Source of the DNA: Acidimicrobiia bacterium | GTDB taxonomy: Bacteria > Actinomycetota > Acidimicrobiia > Spongiisociales > JAHEDJ01 | Assembly (NCBI GenBank): GCA_029210695.1 | Contig: JARGFH010000018.1 | Coordinates: 1-62,820, forward strand | Length of the DNA stretch: 62,820 bases | Reading direction: 5' to 3' | In this document: piece by piece, positions 1 through 9,100 of the stretch | Layout: each line of letters begins with the position of its first letter | How positions within the stretch are numbered: the stretch's first letter is position 1 | Made by a program: the position numbers and the translations under genes | Notes under the pieces: generated by a model | Databases searched by the model: none | Told to the model about the DNA's origin: nothing | The model's input: only the letters and a program-made list of their open reading frames with translations

Positions 1-171
1 ATCCACAATCCGGCCCACCCGACCCCGATTCAACCCCCAAAACCACCACCAGCCAACCGAATCGGTGGATCCAGGCTAAGACGAAAATGGGACTGGAAGA
101 GTTTCTGCGCAGTTGCCCTTTTTTCGGCAGGGGTGGAGATCTGCCGGCGGCTCGTAGGCGAGTCTCTTCCC

Positions 172-1008
172 TTAGGACGAGCGGCCGCGAGTGCGGATCG
201 CCCACCAGATGGCCGCCGAGCCCAGGGCCCCGGCGAGGGCGGCTCCAGAAATGATCGGGACGGGTTTGGGAAGCGTCGCCAAACGAGTGCGCAGGGTGAC
301 CGGGCGTTCGAAATCCATCACCTGCCAGTCGCGGGCGGTGGCGATCTCCTCGAGTTCCTTGTCGGGGTTGACCACTACCGGATGGCCGACGGCTTCGAGC
401 ATCGGGAGGTCCGTGATCGAGTCGGAATAGGCGTAGGAATCTTCGAGGTTGAGGCTCTCGCGTTCGGCCATCTCCCTGATCGCCTCCGCTTTGCCGGGCC
501 CGTAGGCGTAGAACTCGAGTTCGCCCGTGTAGCGACCGTCCGGACCCGATTTCGAGCGGGTGGCGATCACATCGTCGACACCGAGATACACGGCCAGGGG
601 TCGCACCACTTCTTCGGGGCTGGACGAGATGATGACGACCTTGCGGCCGGCGCGATGGTGCTCGTCGATGATGGCCAGCGCTTCTGCGTAGACGAGCGGG
701 GCGACGATCTCATCAACGGTCTCCCGGACAAGTTCGCCCACCTGATGGCGATCCCAACCTTTGGTCAGTGCCAGGAGTTGCCCTCGCACCTTCTCCATCT
801 GATCGTGATCGGCACCAACCATGACATAGACGATCTGGGCGATTCCGGCCTTGAGCAGGGCGCGACGGTTCAGAAAGCCCGCCTTGTAGAGGGGCCTGCC
901 GAAGGCGAGGGTCGACGACTTGGCAATGATCGTCTTGTCGAGGTCGAAGAAGGCAGCTGGGCGCCCTTCCCCCGAAGCCCAGGTTGAATGTGTGTCGCGT
1001 TCGGTCAC
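172..1008 (-). CDS. HAD-IB family hydrolase (SerB-like, Rv3661-type) with C-terminal hydrophobic tail
   Basis: FFDLDKT motif I, ISSS motif II, K, YSDSITD motif IV. GTG start at 1008 preceded by TACAAT -10. Divergent from the Tad locus as in other actinobacteria. Confidence 0.88.
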   Translation of the reverse strand: MTERDTHSTWASGEGRPAAFFDLDKTIIAKSSTLAFGRPLYKAGFLNRRALLKAGIAQIVYVMVGADHDQMEKVRGQLLALTKGWDRHQVGELVRETVDEIVAPLVYAEALAIIDEHHRAGRKVVIISSSPEEVVRPLAVYLGVDDVIATRSKSGPDGRYTGELEFYAYGPGKAEAIREMAERESLNLEDSYAYSDSITDLPMLEAVGHPVVVNPDKELEEIATARDWQVMDFERPVTLRTRLATLPKPVPIISGAALAGALGSAAIWWAIRTRGRSS

Positions 1009-1140
1009 CGCATGAGATTGTACGTCGTGTGGAGGTCGGGCGGAGCCGACCCCCCATTGAGCCACGTAATTGCAGACGTGACAAGGGGTTGTCGCGCCGG
1101 TCGCCGCCCCATATGTTGCCTCTATTCGAGTGGAGGTGAT

Positions 1141-1683
1141 GTGACCGCGTTGACGGTGTGGACCCATGGAGACGGACTGCTGTCGGTGCTCGGACCGATT
1201 GGATTGGCTGCCGCAGCCGGAACGGCACTGGTGATCGACCTCGATCCGAACGGACCTTCGAATCGCGGCGCCGGCTCCCTCGCGGCCTTGGTGCGGTCGG
1301 GTCCGCGTCTCGACGATTTGCGGCCATCGGTGGCAGGCCCGGCGCTGCTGGCCAACGGTGGCATCGAACCCGAAGCGGCAGAGCCGGTGGTCCGGGCCCT
1401 GATCGGGGGGTGGCCTGCCGTCGTGCTGAGGAGTCCAGACGAACGCGGGCATTTCGCACCGGTTGTTCCGGTCTATCCGTTGATGCCGGGTCTGCTCGCT
1501 TCCAGTCCAGATCGATTCTGCGTCTTTCAGAGAACCGGGTTTCCCGCCGAGCCGGGCGGGGAAGGGATAGTGCTCCCGCGTCCGGGTTCGGGCACCATCC
1601 AGAGACTTCTGACCGGTTCGCTGCCCGTCGGCAGCAAGTGGATTCGAGCCTGGCGGCGGGTATGGGAGCACCCATGGCGCTGA
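1141..1683 (+). CDS. Degenerate Ssd/CpaE(TadZ)-like MinD-fold protein
   Basis: GGAGG RBS before GTG 1141. LVIDLDPNG resembles the ParA/MinD A' motif, but no Walker A is present. First gene of the Tad operon. Confidence 0.6.
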   Translation: MTALTVWTHGDGLLSVLGPIGLAAAAGTALVIDLDPNGPSNRGAGSLAALVRSGPRLDDLRPSVAGPALLANGGIEPEAAEPVVRALIGGWPAVVLRSPDERGHFAPVVPVYPLMPGLLASSPDRFCVFQRTGFPAEPGGEGIVLPRPGSGTIQRLLTGSLPVGSKWIRAWRRVWEHPWR

Positions 1684-2735
1684 TCGGGCGGCTTGTTGCC
1701 AGAATCATCGATTCCGATGTGCCGCTCGAGCGTGAGGGGCTCGCGCAGGTCATGCCACGATTGCTGGCAGAGGAGGCGCCGCTGGCGCCGCCGGGAACCT
1801 CGCAGGCCGTCATCGACGCTCTGGTAGGCATGGGGCCCATTGAACCCCTCCTCCGCGATGAGGGGGTAACCGATGTCCTGGTCAACAGGCCCGATGACGT
1901 GTGGATCGAGCGTGACGGCCGGCTCACCAAGACCACTGTTAGGTTCGAGAGCGGAGCGGACATCCGCGCCGCCGTTGAGCGAATCATCGGGCCGCTCGGT
2001 TTACGAATCGATCATGCTTCTCCCACCGTCGATGCCAGACTCCCGGACGGCAGCAGGCTCCATGCGACACTGCCTCCGGTGGCCGTCGACGGTCCCGTCG
2101 TCGCGATCCGGCGGTTCACGCGGGCAATCGGCGATCTAGAGGACCTCGTTGTCTCGGGGGCGGTGAGCGAGGCGGGTGCCCGAATGCTTGAAGAGGCTGT
2201 GGTTCAGGGCCAGAGCATTCTGGTTTCCGGTGGCACCGGGACGGGCAAGACAACCTTGCTGAACGTGCTATCGAGAGTGATCCCGGCGCACGAGCGGGTG
2301 GTCACCGTTGAGGACGCCGCAGAGCTAGCGCTGACCGGGCACGTGGTGCGCCTCGAAGCCCGACCGGCAAACGCAGAAGGGCGCGGCGAGGTCACCCTTC
2401 GCCATCTCGTCCGGGTGGCCCTGAGGCTCCGCCCGGACCGCATCATCGTCGGCGAAGTCCGCGGACCCGAAGCACTCGACCTGGTCGGGGCGCTGAACAC
2501 GGGACATCGCGGATCGATGGCGACGGTGCATGCAAACAGCCCTGAAGAGGCGCTGTTGAGACTCGAGACCCTTGCACTACTCGACGGCGGGGGAATGGAA
2601 GCCACCACGATCCGGGCGCAACTTCAAGCCGCAATCGACGTCATCGTGCAGATGGGCAGGTTTCGATCCCGGCGGCGGGTCGTCTCCATCGCCGCGCAGC
2701 GTGGAGGAGATCTCGAAGAGAGGTACCGGCAATGA
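1674..2735 (+). CDS. tadA: Tad pilus assembly ATPase TadA/CpaF
   Basis: Walker A GGTGTGKT, VEDAAEL Asp box, RPDRIIVGEVRG Walker B, TGHRGSMATVHAN His box. Confidence 0.93.
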   Translation: MALIGRLVARIIDSDVPLEREGLAQVMPRLLAEEAPLAPPGTSQAVIDALVGMGPIEPLLRDEGVTDVLVNRPDDVWIERDGRLTKTTVRFESGADIRAAVERIIGPLGLRIDHASPTVDARLPDGSRLHATLPPVAVDGPVVAIRRFTRAIGDLEDLVVSGAVSEAGARMLEEAVVQGQSILVSGGTGTGKTTLLNVLSRVIPAHERVVTVEDAAELALTGHVVRLEARPANAEGRGEVTLRHLVRVALRLRPDRIIVGEVRGPEALDLVGALNTGHRGSMATVHANSPEEALLRLETLALLDGGGMEATTIRAQLQAAIDVIVQMGRFRSRRRVVSIAAQRGGDLEERYRQ

Positions 2736-3391
2736 TGGAGGCACTCGCCGCCGGCCTGGTCATATTGTCCGGCGCCCCTCTGGTGTTCGTCCTCGTCATG
2801 GTCATCGGGTTGATCAATCCCTGGATCGGATTGGCGTCTATCTGGGCCTTCCATCTGTCGAAGCGTGGGCACCCGTCTCCCTGGTCGGTCGACGTGCGCT
2901 TCAGCCGTGGGGTGGCCGACGAACTACGCGGCGGATCGTCCCTACGGCAAGCGTTTGCGGAGGCGGCAGAGGACATCGGCGAGGGCCGTCTGGCGCGGGT
3001 CTGTCGGAGTGGGCGGCCCTACGAAGAAATGGCATCTGGGGTGGAGGCGTGTTTGCCGCTCACCGGCCAGGCGGCGGGCGCCGCCATCCGGATTGCCGGC
3101 GAGAGCGGTGGAAGGGTAGCCGACGCGTTCGAGGCCATCGCGCTGCTCGCCGAGGATGAACAAGCACTGAAGAATGAGCGGCGGGCGGCGTCCGCCCAGG
3201 CGCGTACCTCAGCCCTCATCATTGCTGTTCTACCGGTGCTTCTCGTCGTGCTGCTCGTTGGAGCCGGTCGGATGGATGTCTTGTTGTCCGGTGGCTCGCT
3301 CTCAGTCGGCCTCATGACGACGGGTTTCGGTCTCATCACAGTCGGGCTCGTCACTATCTGGCAGATGGTCCGGCGTGCGGAGCTGGCGTGA
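2732..3391 (+). CDS. tadB: TadB-like type II secretion system F-family membrane protein
   Basis: ATGA overlap with tadA; GspF-like pattern (ELRGG, ESGG, AQARTSA followed by TM helices). Confidence 0.75.
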   Translation: MMEALAAGLVILSGAPLVFVLVMVIGLINPWIGLASIWAFHLSKRGHPSPWSVDVRFSRGVADELRGGSSLRQAFAEAAEDIGEGRLARVCRSGRPYEEMASGVEACLPLTGQAAGAAIRIAGESGGRVADAFEAIALLAEDEQALKNERRAASAQARTSALIIAVLPVLLVVLLVGAGRMDVLLSGGSLSVGLMTTGFGLITVGLVTIWQMVRRAELA

Positions 3392-3966
3392 TGTGGACGG
3401 CCGCCATCGCAGTCGCGCTGTTCGTCGTTGCCAGACGAGGTGACACGACCTCTCTTCCGTCTCACCCGGCGCCGGGTGGAGCCGTCCGATCGTGGACGAT
3501 GGTTCCACGGCGGCGGCAACGGAACGCCTCCCTCCCGGAAGATCTGCAGGCGGTGGCCGCGGCTCTGGTGGTCGGCACGGCCGCCGGTTTGAGCCTTCAG
3601 TCCTCACTGGAGCTCGCCGCCACCCTCGGCCCCTCTCGAAGGGGCGAACTTGACGATGTGCTCAGGGATGCGCGAAATCTGGGTCTGGGTGTCGCGCTCG
3701 CCCGATCAGGCGGGAAGATGTCGCCGTTGTTCGCCAGGTTGGCCAGGGCGCAGGTGAGCGGCGCTCCGCTTGCGGCCACCGTCGCCGGCTTTGCCGCGGA
3801 AGAGCGCGAAATTCGCCGCTCCGCTCGCATCGAGGCGGCTCGAAAGCTGCCGGTTCGATTGACGATTCCACTGGCGCTGCTTGTCCTGCCCGGCTTCGTC
3901 CTGCTCACCGCCGGCCCGGCCGCGGTCGGGTCTCTGCAGCGAATGCTCGGACCGTTGATGCCGTGA
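3391..3966 (+). CDS. tadC: TadC-like type II secretion system F-family membrane protein
   Basis: AAGLS...SGAPLA...ARKLPVRLTIPLALLVLPGF pattern; operon position. Confidence 0.78.
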   Translation: MWTAAIAVALFVVARRGDTTSLPSHPAPGGAVRSWTMVPRRRQRNASLPEDLQAVAAALVVGTAAGLSLQSSLELAATLGPSRRGELDDVLRDARNLGLGVALARSGGKMSPLFARLARAQVSGAPLAATVAGFAAEEREIRRSARIEAARKLPVRLTIPLALLVLPGFVLLTAGPAAVGSLQRMLGPLMP

Positions 3967-4034
3967 GTTCCCCCCGGAGCCGGCCGGATACCGGTAGCCC
4001 GGCATGTGTCGGATTGGATGAAAGGAGTCCACCC

Positions 4035-4205
4035 GTGTGGACGAGAATCTCGAGCGATGATGGACAGAGCACCGTCGAATACGTGCTCGTGTTGCTGGCG
4101 GCGGCCGCCTTCGCGATGGCACTGGTCGCCTGGATCAGCGGCTCGAGCTTGATCCCGTCGTTCTTCGCCTCCGTAATCGACAAGGTGATCGGTTTCGTGC
4201 GTTGA
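4035..4205 (+). CDS. Flp-family type IVb pilin
   Basis: AAAGGAG RBS before GTG 4035; G|QSTVEY prepilin cleavage/Flp motif followed by a hydrophobic helix; 56 aa. Confidence 0.82.
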   Translation: MWTRISSDDGQSTVEYVLVLLAAAAFAMALVAWISGSSLIPSFFASVIDKVIGFVR

Positions 4206-4588
4206 GTGCTCCGTCGCCGTCGATCGACACCGGGCGGGGTTCGGCCACGGTCGAATTCGCGCTGGTGATCCCGGTCGTTCTGCTGGTACTGGTTGCCCTG
4301 GTCGAGGTCGCGGTGGTGGCGCGCGTTCAGTTGGAACTACTCGGCGCAGCCAGACAAGGGGCACGGGTCGCCGCCACCAACCCCGACCCGGCGAACGCCG
4401 TCGATGCGGTTCACGGAGCACTGAGCGAAGGAGCGGTCCAACAGGTCATCGTGACTGTTGAGCGGCCGGCGGTGGTGGGCAGGGAGGCAGTAGTCGAGTT
4501 GGCGATGACCCACCGCCTGGCGAGCGCACTGTTCGGAGGTGTGCCGGTCAACCTGTCTGCACGATCGGTCATGCGGGTCGAGCGATGA
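4202..4588 (+). CDS. tadE: TadE-like minor pilin
   Basis: RG|SATVEFALVIP motif and AARQGAR motif. Confidence 0.85.
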   Translation: MSAPSPSIDTGRGSATVEFALVIPVVLLVLVALVEVAVVARVQLELLGAARQGARVAATNPDPANAVDAVHGALSEGAVQQVIVTVERPAVVGREAVVELAMTHRLASALFGGVPVNLSARSVMRVER

Positions 4589-4992
4589 TCCGGGAAGACG
4601 GGTCTGCGACGGTTGTGGCCGTGTTCGTCGTCGGCATTCTGGCCGTCCTAACTGCCGCCCTCGGCGGGCTGGCGCAGATCCTGGTGGCCGGCGACATGGC
4701 GCAAACGGCGGCCGATGCCGCCGCTCTCGCCGCCGCTCCCGTGACGTTCAGGCCGTTCGGGGCGACTGGTTCCGCCGTCGAGGAAGCCGGCCGGTTCGCC
4801 GGGGCCAACGGTGGACGGCTCATCCGGTGCGCCGGTTGCGAACCGGATCCGTCGTGGAATAGGCGTGTGGTGGAAGTCGAGGTCCTGGTCGAGGTCGACG
4901 TTCTCGGATTCGGCAGGTCGGTCGTCTCAGCCTCTGCCGCCGCAGAGTTCGTTCCCGCGCAGTTACTCGGTCTCCCTGTGTTCGACGGCTGA
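4585..4992 (+). CDS. TadE/TadG-like minor pilin (Rv3654c-type)
   Basis: DG|SATV N-terminus, AQTAADAAALAAA motif, ANGG..C. Confidence 0.8.
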   Translation: MIREDGSATVVAVFVVGILAVLTAALGGLAQILVAGDMAQTAADAAALAAAPVTFRPFGATGSAVEEAGRFAGANGGRLIRCAGCEPDPSWNRRVVEVEVLVEVDVLGFGRSVVSASAAAEFVPAQLLGLPVFDG

Positions 4993-5022
4993 GCCGGATC
5001 CGGGATGCGGTAGCGTCAGAGG

Positions 5023-7668
5023 ATGACCGATTGGCATGCTCGAGACGCCGACGACGTCGTTGCCGGGTTGGAGACCGACTCCGAGCGCGGGTTGTCCGGC
5101 GTGGAATCCTCCCGGCGACTGGCGGAGACCGGTCCGAATGAACTCGGGGGCAGCCGGGGACCCGGCCGCTGGCGGATCCTGGTCTCGCAGTTCACCGACA
5201 TGCTCATCTTCGTCTTGCTCGTCGCCGCCGTCGTCAGTGGTTTCCTGCTGGGGGAGTGGATCGACGCGGGTGTGATCCTTGCCATCGTGGTCCTGAATGC
5301 TGTGATCGGGTACACGCAGGAAGTCCGTGCCGAGGATGCGCTCGCCCGGCTCAAGGAAATGGCGGCGCCAACCGCGCTCGTCATAAGGGACGGGGAGGAG
5401 GTGGACGTTCCCGCCGCGGAGGTTGTGCCCGGCGATCTGCTCGTTCTCGAGGCGGGCGACAAGGTGGCGGCAGATGCCCGGTTGGTGACCGCTGTGCATC
5501 TCCAGGCTGAGGAAGCCGCCCTCACCGGCGAGAGCCTTCCCGTTTCCAAGAACCTCAAGCCGTCTCCTCTCGATGCGTCGACCGGCGATCGGCGGTCCAT
5601 GGTGTTTGCCGGGACCGTGATAGCCGCCGGGCGCGGCCGGGCTGTCATCACAGCTACCGGGCCCTCCACGGAGATGGGGAAGATCGCCGAGATGCTCGAA
5701 CCTGAAGAGCAGCCTTCTCCGCTCTCGCTCGAGCTTGCCGAAGTCGGACGCCGGATCGCCTGGCTCACTTTGGGGATCGCCGTCATCGTCTTCATCCTCG
5801 GCCTGGCCCGCGACCGGTCGGCGGAGAGCGTTCAGACGATGTTCCTCATCGCCGTGGCGCTTGCCGTTGCCGCCATTCCCGAGGGACTGCCGGCTGTTGT
5901 CACCGTGACGCTGGCGAGGGGAGTGCAAGCCATGGCGAAGAACAACGCCATCGTTCGGCGGCTTCCTGCCGTCGAAGCGCTCGGAGCCGCTTCGGTCATC
6001 TGCACCGACAAGACGGGCACGCTGACGCGCAACGAGATGCGCGTGCAGGTCATCGATTTCGCTGACCTCGTCGCTCTGCCGGCGGACGTGGAGGGTACCG
6101 ATGGGAGGGTGTGGCGTTTCGCCCAGATTGCCGCGCTGTGCAGTGATGCTCGCCGGGTCACCGACGGTTATCAGGGTGACCCGACTGAGATAGCGGTTCT
6201 CCGATCCATCGATCCGACGATTCTCAAGGTAGACGACGTGCGGGCGGCCAGTCCTCGCCTGGACGAAGTTGCCTTCGACTCATCCCGCAAGATGATGACC
6301 ACCCTGCATCCGGCCGGTGAGCGATTTCTCGTAGCGGTCAAGGGAGCGCCCGAGGTCGTGCTGGGGCGCTGCGCGTTTTTCGAGCATGTCGGGGGGCCGG
6401 TCCCGATGGATGAACAGAGGCGCGCTTCTGCAGTGGAAACGGCCGACGGCTTCGCCGCCCGCGGGCTGCGCACGCTCGGTTTCGCCTACAGCATCATCGA
6501 TGCGCGTCCTGCCGATCTTGCCGGCGTCGAACGAGATCTCGTGTTCGTGGCGCTGGCCGGGATGAGTGATGAGCTTCGACCCGAGACCCGGCGTGCGATA
6601 GAGGACGCCAACGCCGCTGGAGTCCGGGTCGTGATGGTGACGGGAGATCACCTCGTTACCGCCAGGGCGATTGCCGCCGACCTCGGGCTGCTCGGAGAAC
6701 GCTCGGCTATGCCGGGAACCGAGTTGCGAGCGATGGAGCAGGAAGAACTGAATGCGATCGTCGAGGATGTGGCGGTCTACGCCCGTGTTGACCCGGCCGA
6801 CAAGGTGAAGATCGTCAAAGCATGGAAATCCACCGGTGGGATCGTTGCCATGACCGGTGATGGTGTGAACGATGCACCGGCCCTGCAGGCTGCGGACATC
6901 GGGGTAGCCATGGGGTCGGGCACCGACGTTGCGAAGGAAGCTGCAGACATGGTCCTGGCAGACGACAACTTCGCCACCATTCTTCGTGCGGTTTCCGAGG
7001 GGCGGGTGATCTTCTCGAACCTGAAGAAGGTCGTTTACTTCTTGCTCAGTGCCAACGCCTCAGAAGTGCTGGTGATGTTCCTCGGTTTTCTCTTCTTCGG
7101 GGCGCTGGGCGAGCCGTTGCTGGCCACCCAGTTGTTGTGGATCAATCTCGTTACGGATGGATTGCCGGCACTGGCCCTGGGCATCGACACGCCGGTGCCC
7201 GGGCTCATGCACCAGTCGCCGGACGAGCGGCGCGAGATCCTCAGTGTGCCCCACCAGCTGCGGATCCTCTGGCAGGGTGCCTTCCTGGCGGCCGGCGCGC
7301 TCGGTGCGTTGATCTGGGCGCACTACCTGCGAGAGGCCGAGTGGGAGTATGTCCGAACCATGGTCTTCACCACCCTGGTCACCGCCCAGCTTGCGCACAT
7401 CTACAACATTCGGGCGCAGGGCACGACGGTGTGGAAGATCGGCTTTGGCGGCAATCGAGTGCTGACGTGGGGCGTGATCGGGTCTTTGATGCTTCACGTC
7501 CTGGTCGTCTATACGCCGCTCGGCAATCGGTTGTTCGACACGGTGCCTATCGAGTGGATCGATTGGCCGGCGATCGTCGCGTTCACGGTGCTACCTTTTC
7601 TGGGCGTCGACGCGGTCAAGCGCAGGATCGTACGCCGCCACCCCGCCTGGGAGACGGTCGGGGACTGA
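5023..7668 (+). CDS. Cation-transporting P-type ATPase, P2A (Ca2+-type)
   Basis: TGES, IPEGL, DKTGTLT, KGAPE, TGD, GDGVNDAP motifs; M6 LWINLVTDG. Confidence 0.93.
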   Translation: MTDWHARDADDVVAGLETDSERGLSGVESSRRLAETGPNELGGSRGPGRWRILVSQFTDMLIFVLLVAAVVSGFLLGEWIDAGVILAIVVLNAVIGYTQEVRAEDALARLKEMAAPTALVIRDGEEVDVPAAEVVPGDLLVLEAGDKVAADARLVTAVHLQAEEAALTGESLPVSKNLKPSPLDASTGDRRSMVFAGTVIAAGRGRAVITATGPSTEMGKIAEMLEPEEQPSPLSLELAEVGRRIAWLTLGIAVIVFILGLARDRSAESVQTMFLIAVALAVAAIPEGLPAVVTVTLARGVQAMAKNNAIVRRLPAVEALGAASVICTDKTGTLTRNEMRVQVIDFADLVALPADVEGTDGRVWRFAQIAALCSDARRVTDGYQGDPTEIAVLRSIDPTILKVDDVRAASPRLDEVAFDSSRKMMTTLHPAGERFLVAVKGAPEVVLGRCAFFEHVGGPVPMDEQRRASAVETADGFAARGLRTLGFAYSIIDARPADLAGVERDLVFVALAGMSDELRPETRRAIEDANAAGVRVVMVTGDHLVTARAIAADLGLLGERSAMPGTELRAMEQEELNAIVEDVAVYARVDPADKVKIVKAWKSTGGIVAMTGDGVNDAPALQAADIGVAMGSGTDVAKEAADMVLADDNFATILRAVSEGRVIFSNLKKVVYFLLSANASEVLVMFLGFLFFGALGEPLLATQLLWINLVTDGLPALALGIDTPVPGLMHQSPDERREILSVPHQLRILWQGAFLAAGALGALIWAHYLREAEWEYVRTMVFTTLVTAQLAHIYNIRAQGTTVWKIGFGGNRVLTWGVIGSLMLHVLVVYTPLGNRLFDTVPIEWIDWPAIVAFTVLPFLGVDAVKRRIVRRHPAWETVGD

Positions 7669-7670
7669 GA

Positions 7671-7783
7671 CTTTCTCGGCAATGCAACGGAGTGTCACGG
7701 TTCACAGCATTGCTGAGAAAACTGAGGCGAGTTTCTGCGCAATACAACGACGTGTGGCGGTTCACTGCATTGCTGAGAAAACT
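7671..7783. repeat. Two tandem 60-bp imperfect palindromic units (REP-like), possible bidirectional terminator
   Basis: Units starting at 7671 and 7731 align with period 60. Each has a TTTCT..GCAAT start and a GCATTGCTGAGAAA end forming a hairpin. Lies between convergent genes. Confidence 0.8.
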
Positions 7784-8987
7784 AGGGAGTCTCGACGAGC
7801 CCGTTCGTGAGGTCTTCGAAGATCGTGAACGCCTCTTCGTCGAGGCGCACGACGGATGCCGCCCCCGCCGTTCCAACGGTGCCGGGCACGACGATGTTCG
7901 TCAGGGTGAGTGGATTCAGCTCGTAGGCAGAGGCCGCCAGCGTCAAGAGGTCCTCAGGCGACAGATCCGTCCACGTGTATTCGGTCAGAAGTTCGAGCAG
8001 ATGGGGAAGCTCCTCGATGCTCCGCCGTTGCGTCTCAAACAGGGCGGCCTTCATGATCAACCCGTGGTGGAGCTGTCGGGTCAGGTCGCCGCCGGCGATC
8101 GTCCGGTTGCGGGCAAAGGCGAGCGCCCCGGTCCCATCGATGTGCTGTTCGCCTGCATTGAAGTACGCCTTGGACTTCGGTTCGGACATCGCGAACGGAA
8201 TGTCGATCTCAAATCCGCCGAAGGCGTCTACCAGACCCACGAACCCTTTGAACCCGGTGAGGATGTAGCCCTCGAAGTCGAGCCCGGTGAGGATCTCGGC
8301 GGTCTCGACCACGACCTCCGGTCCCCGGGACGCCATCACGTTCGTGAACTTGGCGTTGCCGCCGTAGGAGGCCGCGACCCACGAGTCGCGCGGGATCCCC
8401 ACGATGGCACCGTCCCCGAGTCCCGGAACCGTCGAGACGATGTGAAGGCTGTCGGCCCGGAAGCGCAGGGGGTTCTCGCCCGGCCGCGCGTCGGAACCAA
8501 TGACGAACGCCAGGCGCGGCGTCTTCCCGTACACCGGCGGGGCATCGAACCTACTCAGCCGGGCGCCCACGATTCGCCATTCGCCGTCGTCGACTGCGAG
8601 TACCACATCGTCTCCGGCGGTCACGACGGCGATGGGGGTCTCGAAGATCGTCCCGAGGTAGGCCGTCCCCTCGACCTCGATCGAACGTTGATCGGTGTGA
8701 ACTCCTTCGAGTCCGGCGGCGAGGCTGTCGGCAATAGATCCAGGTGGGGGAGAACTCGGATCCAGAATCCAGGAGTAAAGGGCATCGATAGCAACAGCCA
8801 GTTCGGCAGGTGCGCCCTCGAGAACGACTGTGGCTTCGAGTTCGACGAGCGTCGTGGTAGCTGCCATCGTCGGCGTGGAGGTCGAGGCAATCGCGGTTGA
8901 ACTGGTGGTGGTGCTGGTTTCGGAGCCGCCGCATGCTGAGAGCAAGAGGGCCACGGCCAGCATCACACTGACACGGTGAGGATTCAT
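7782..8987 (-). CDS. Lipoprotein with C-terminal LCP (LytR-CpsA-Psr) domain
   Basis: Lipobox LLLSAC, S/T-rich linker, and LCP motifs IGSDAR, RADS, IPRD, ALAFARNR, GDLTRQ. Start uncertain (8987 chosen). Confidence 0.85.
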   Translation of the reverse strand: MNPHRVSVMLAVALLLSACGGSETSTTTSSTAIASTSTPTMAATTTLVELEATVVLEGAPAELAVAIDALYSWILDPSSPPPGSIADSLAAGLEGVHTDQRSIEVEGTAYLGTIFETPIAVVTAGDDVVLAVDDGEWRIVGARLSRFDAPPVYGKTPRLAFVIGSDARPGENPLRFRADSLHIVSTVPGLGDGAIVGIPRDSWVAASYGGNAKFTNVMASRGPEVVVETAEILTGLDFEGYILTGFKGFVGLVDAFGGFEIDIPFAMSEPKSKAYFNAGEQHIDGTGALAFARNRTIAGGDLTRQLHHGLIMKAALFETQRRSIEELPHLLELLTEYTWTDLSPEDLLTLAASAYELNPLTLTNIVVPGTVGTAGAASVVRLDEEAFTIFEDLTNGLVETP

Positions 8988-9100
8988 GAAGGCGGGAACA
9001 GTAGCCATGCGCCGAACCAAACCACAACGCCGGGTGGCATGGCGGGCATACGTCGCCTTTATACTCCCGGCCAGCTTGGTTACACGGGAGTGATCTGTCC

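Noticed and set aside
1..130. C/A-skewed segment with short inverted repeats at the window start, possible end of a mobile element
   Set aside because: Truncated by the window edge, with no transposase or clear terminal repeat to support a call.
7671..7783. Possible CRISPR array
   Set aside because: Only two units, the internal segments are similar to each other rather than unique spacers, and no cas genes are in the window.
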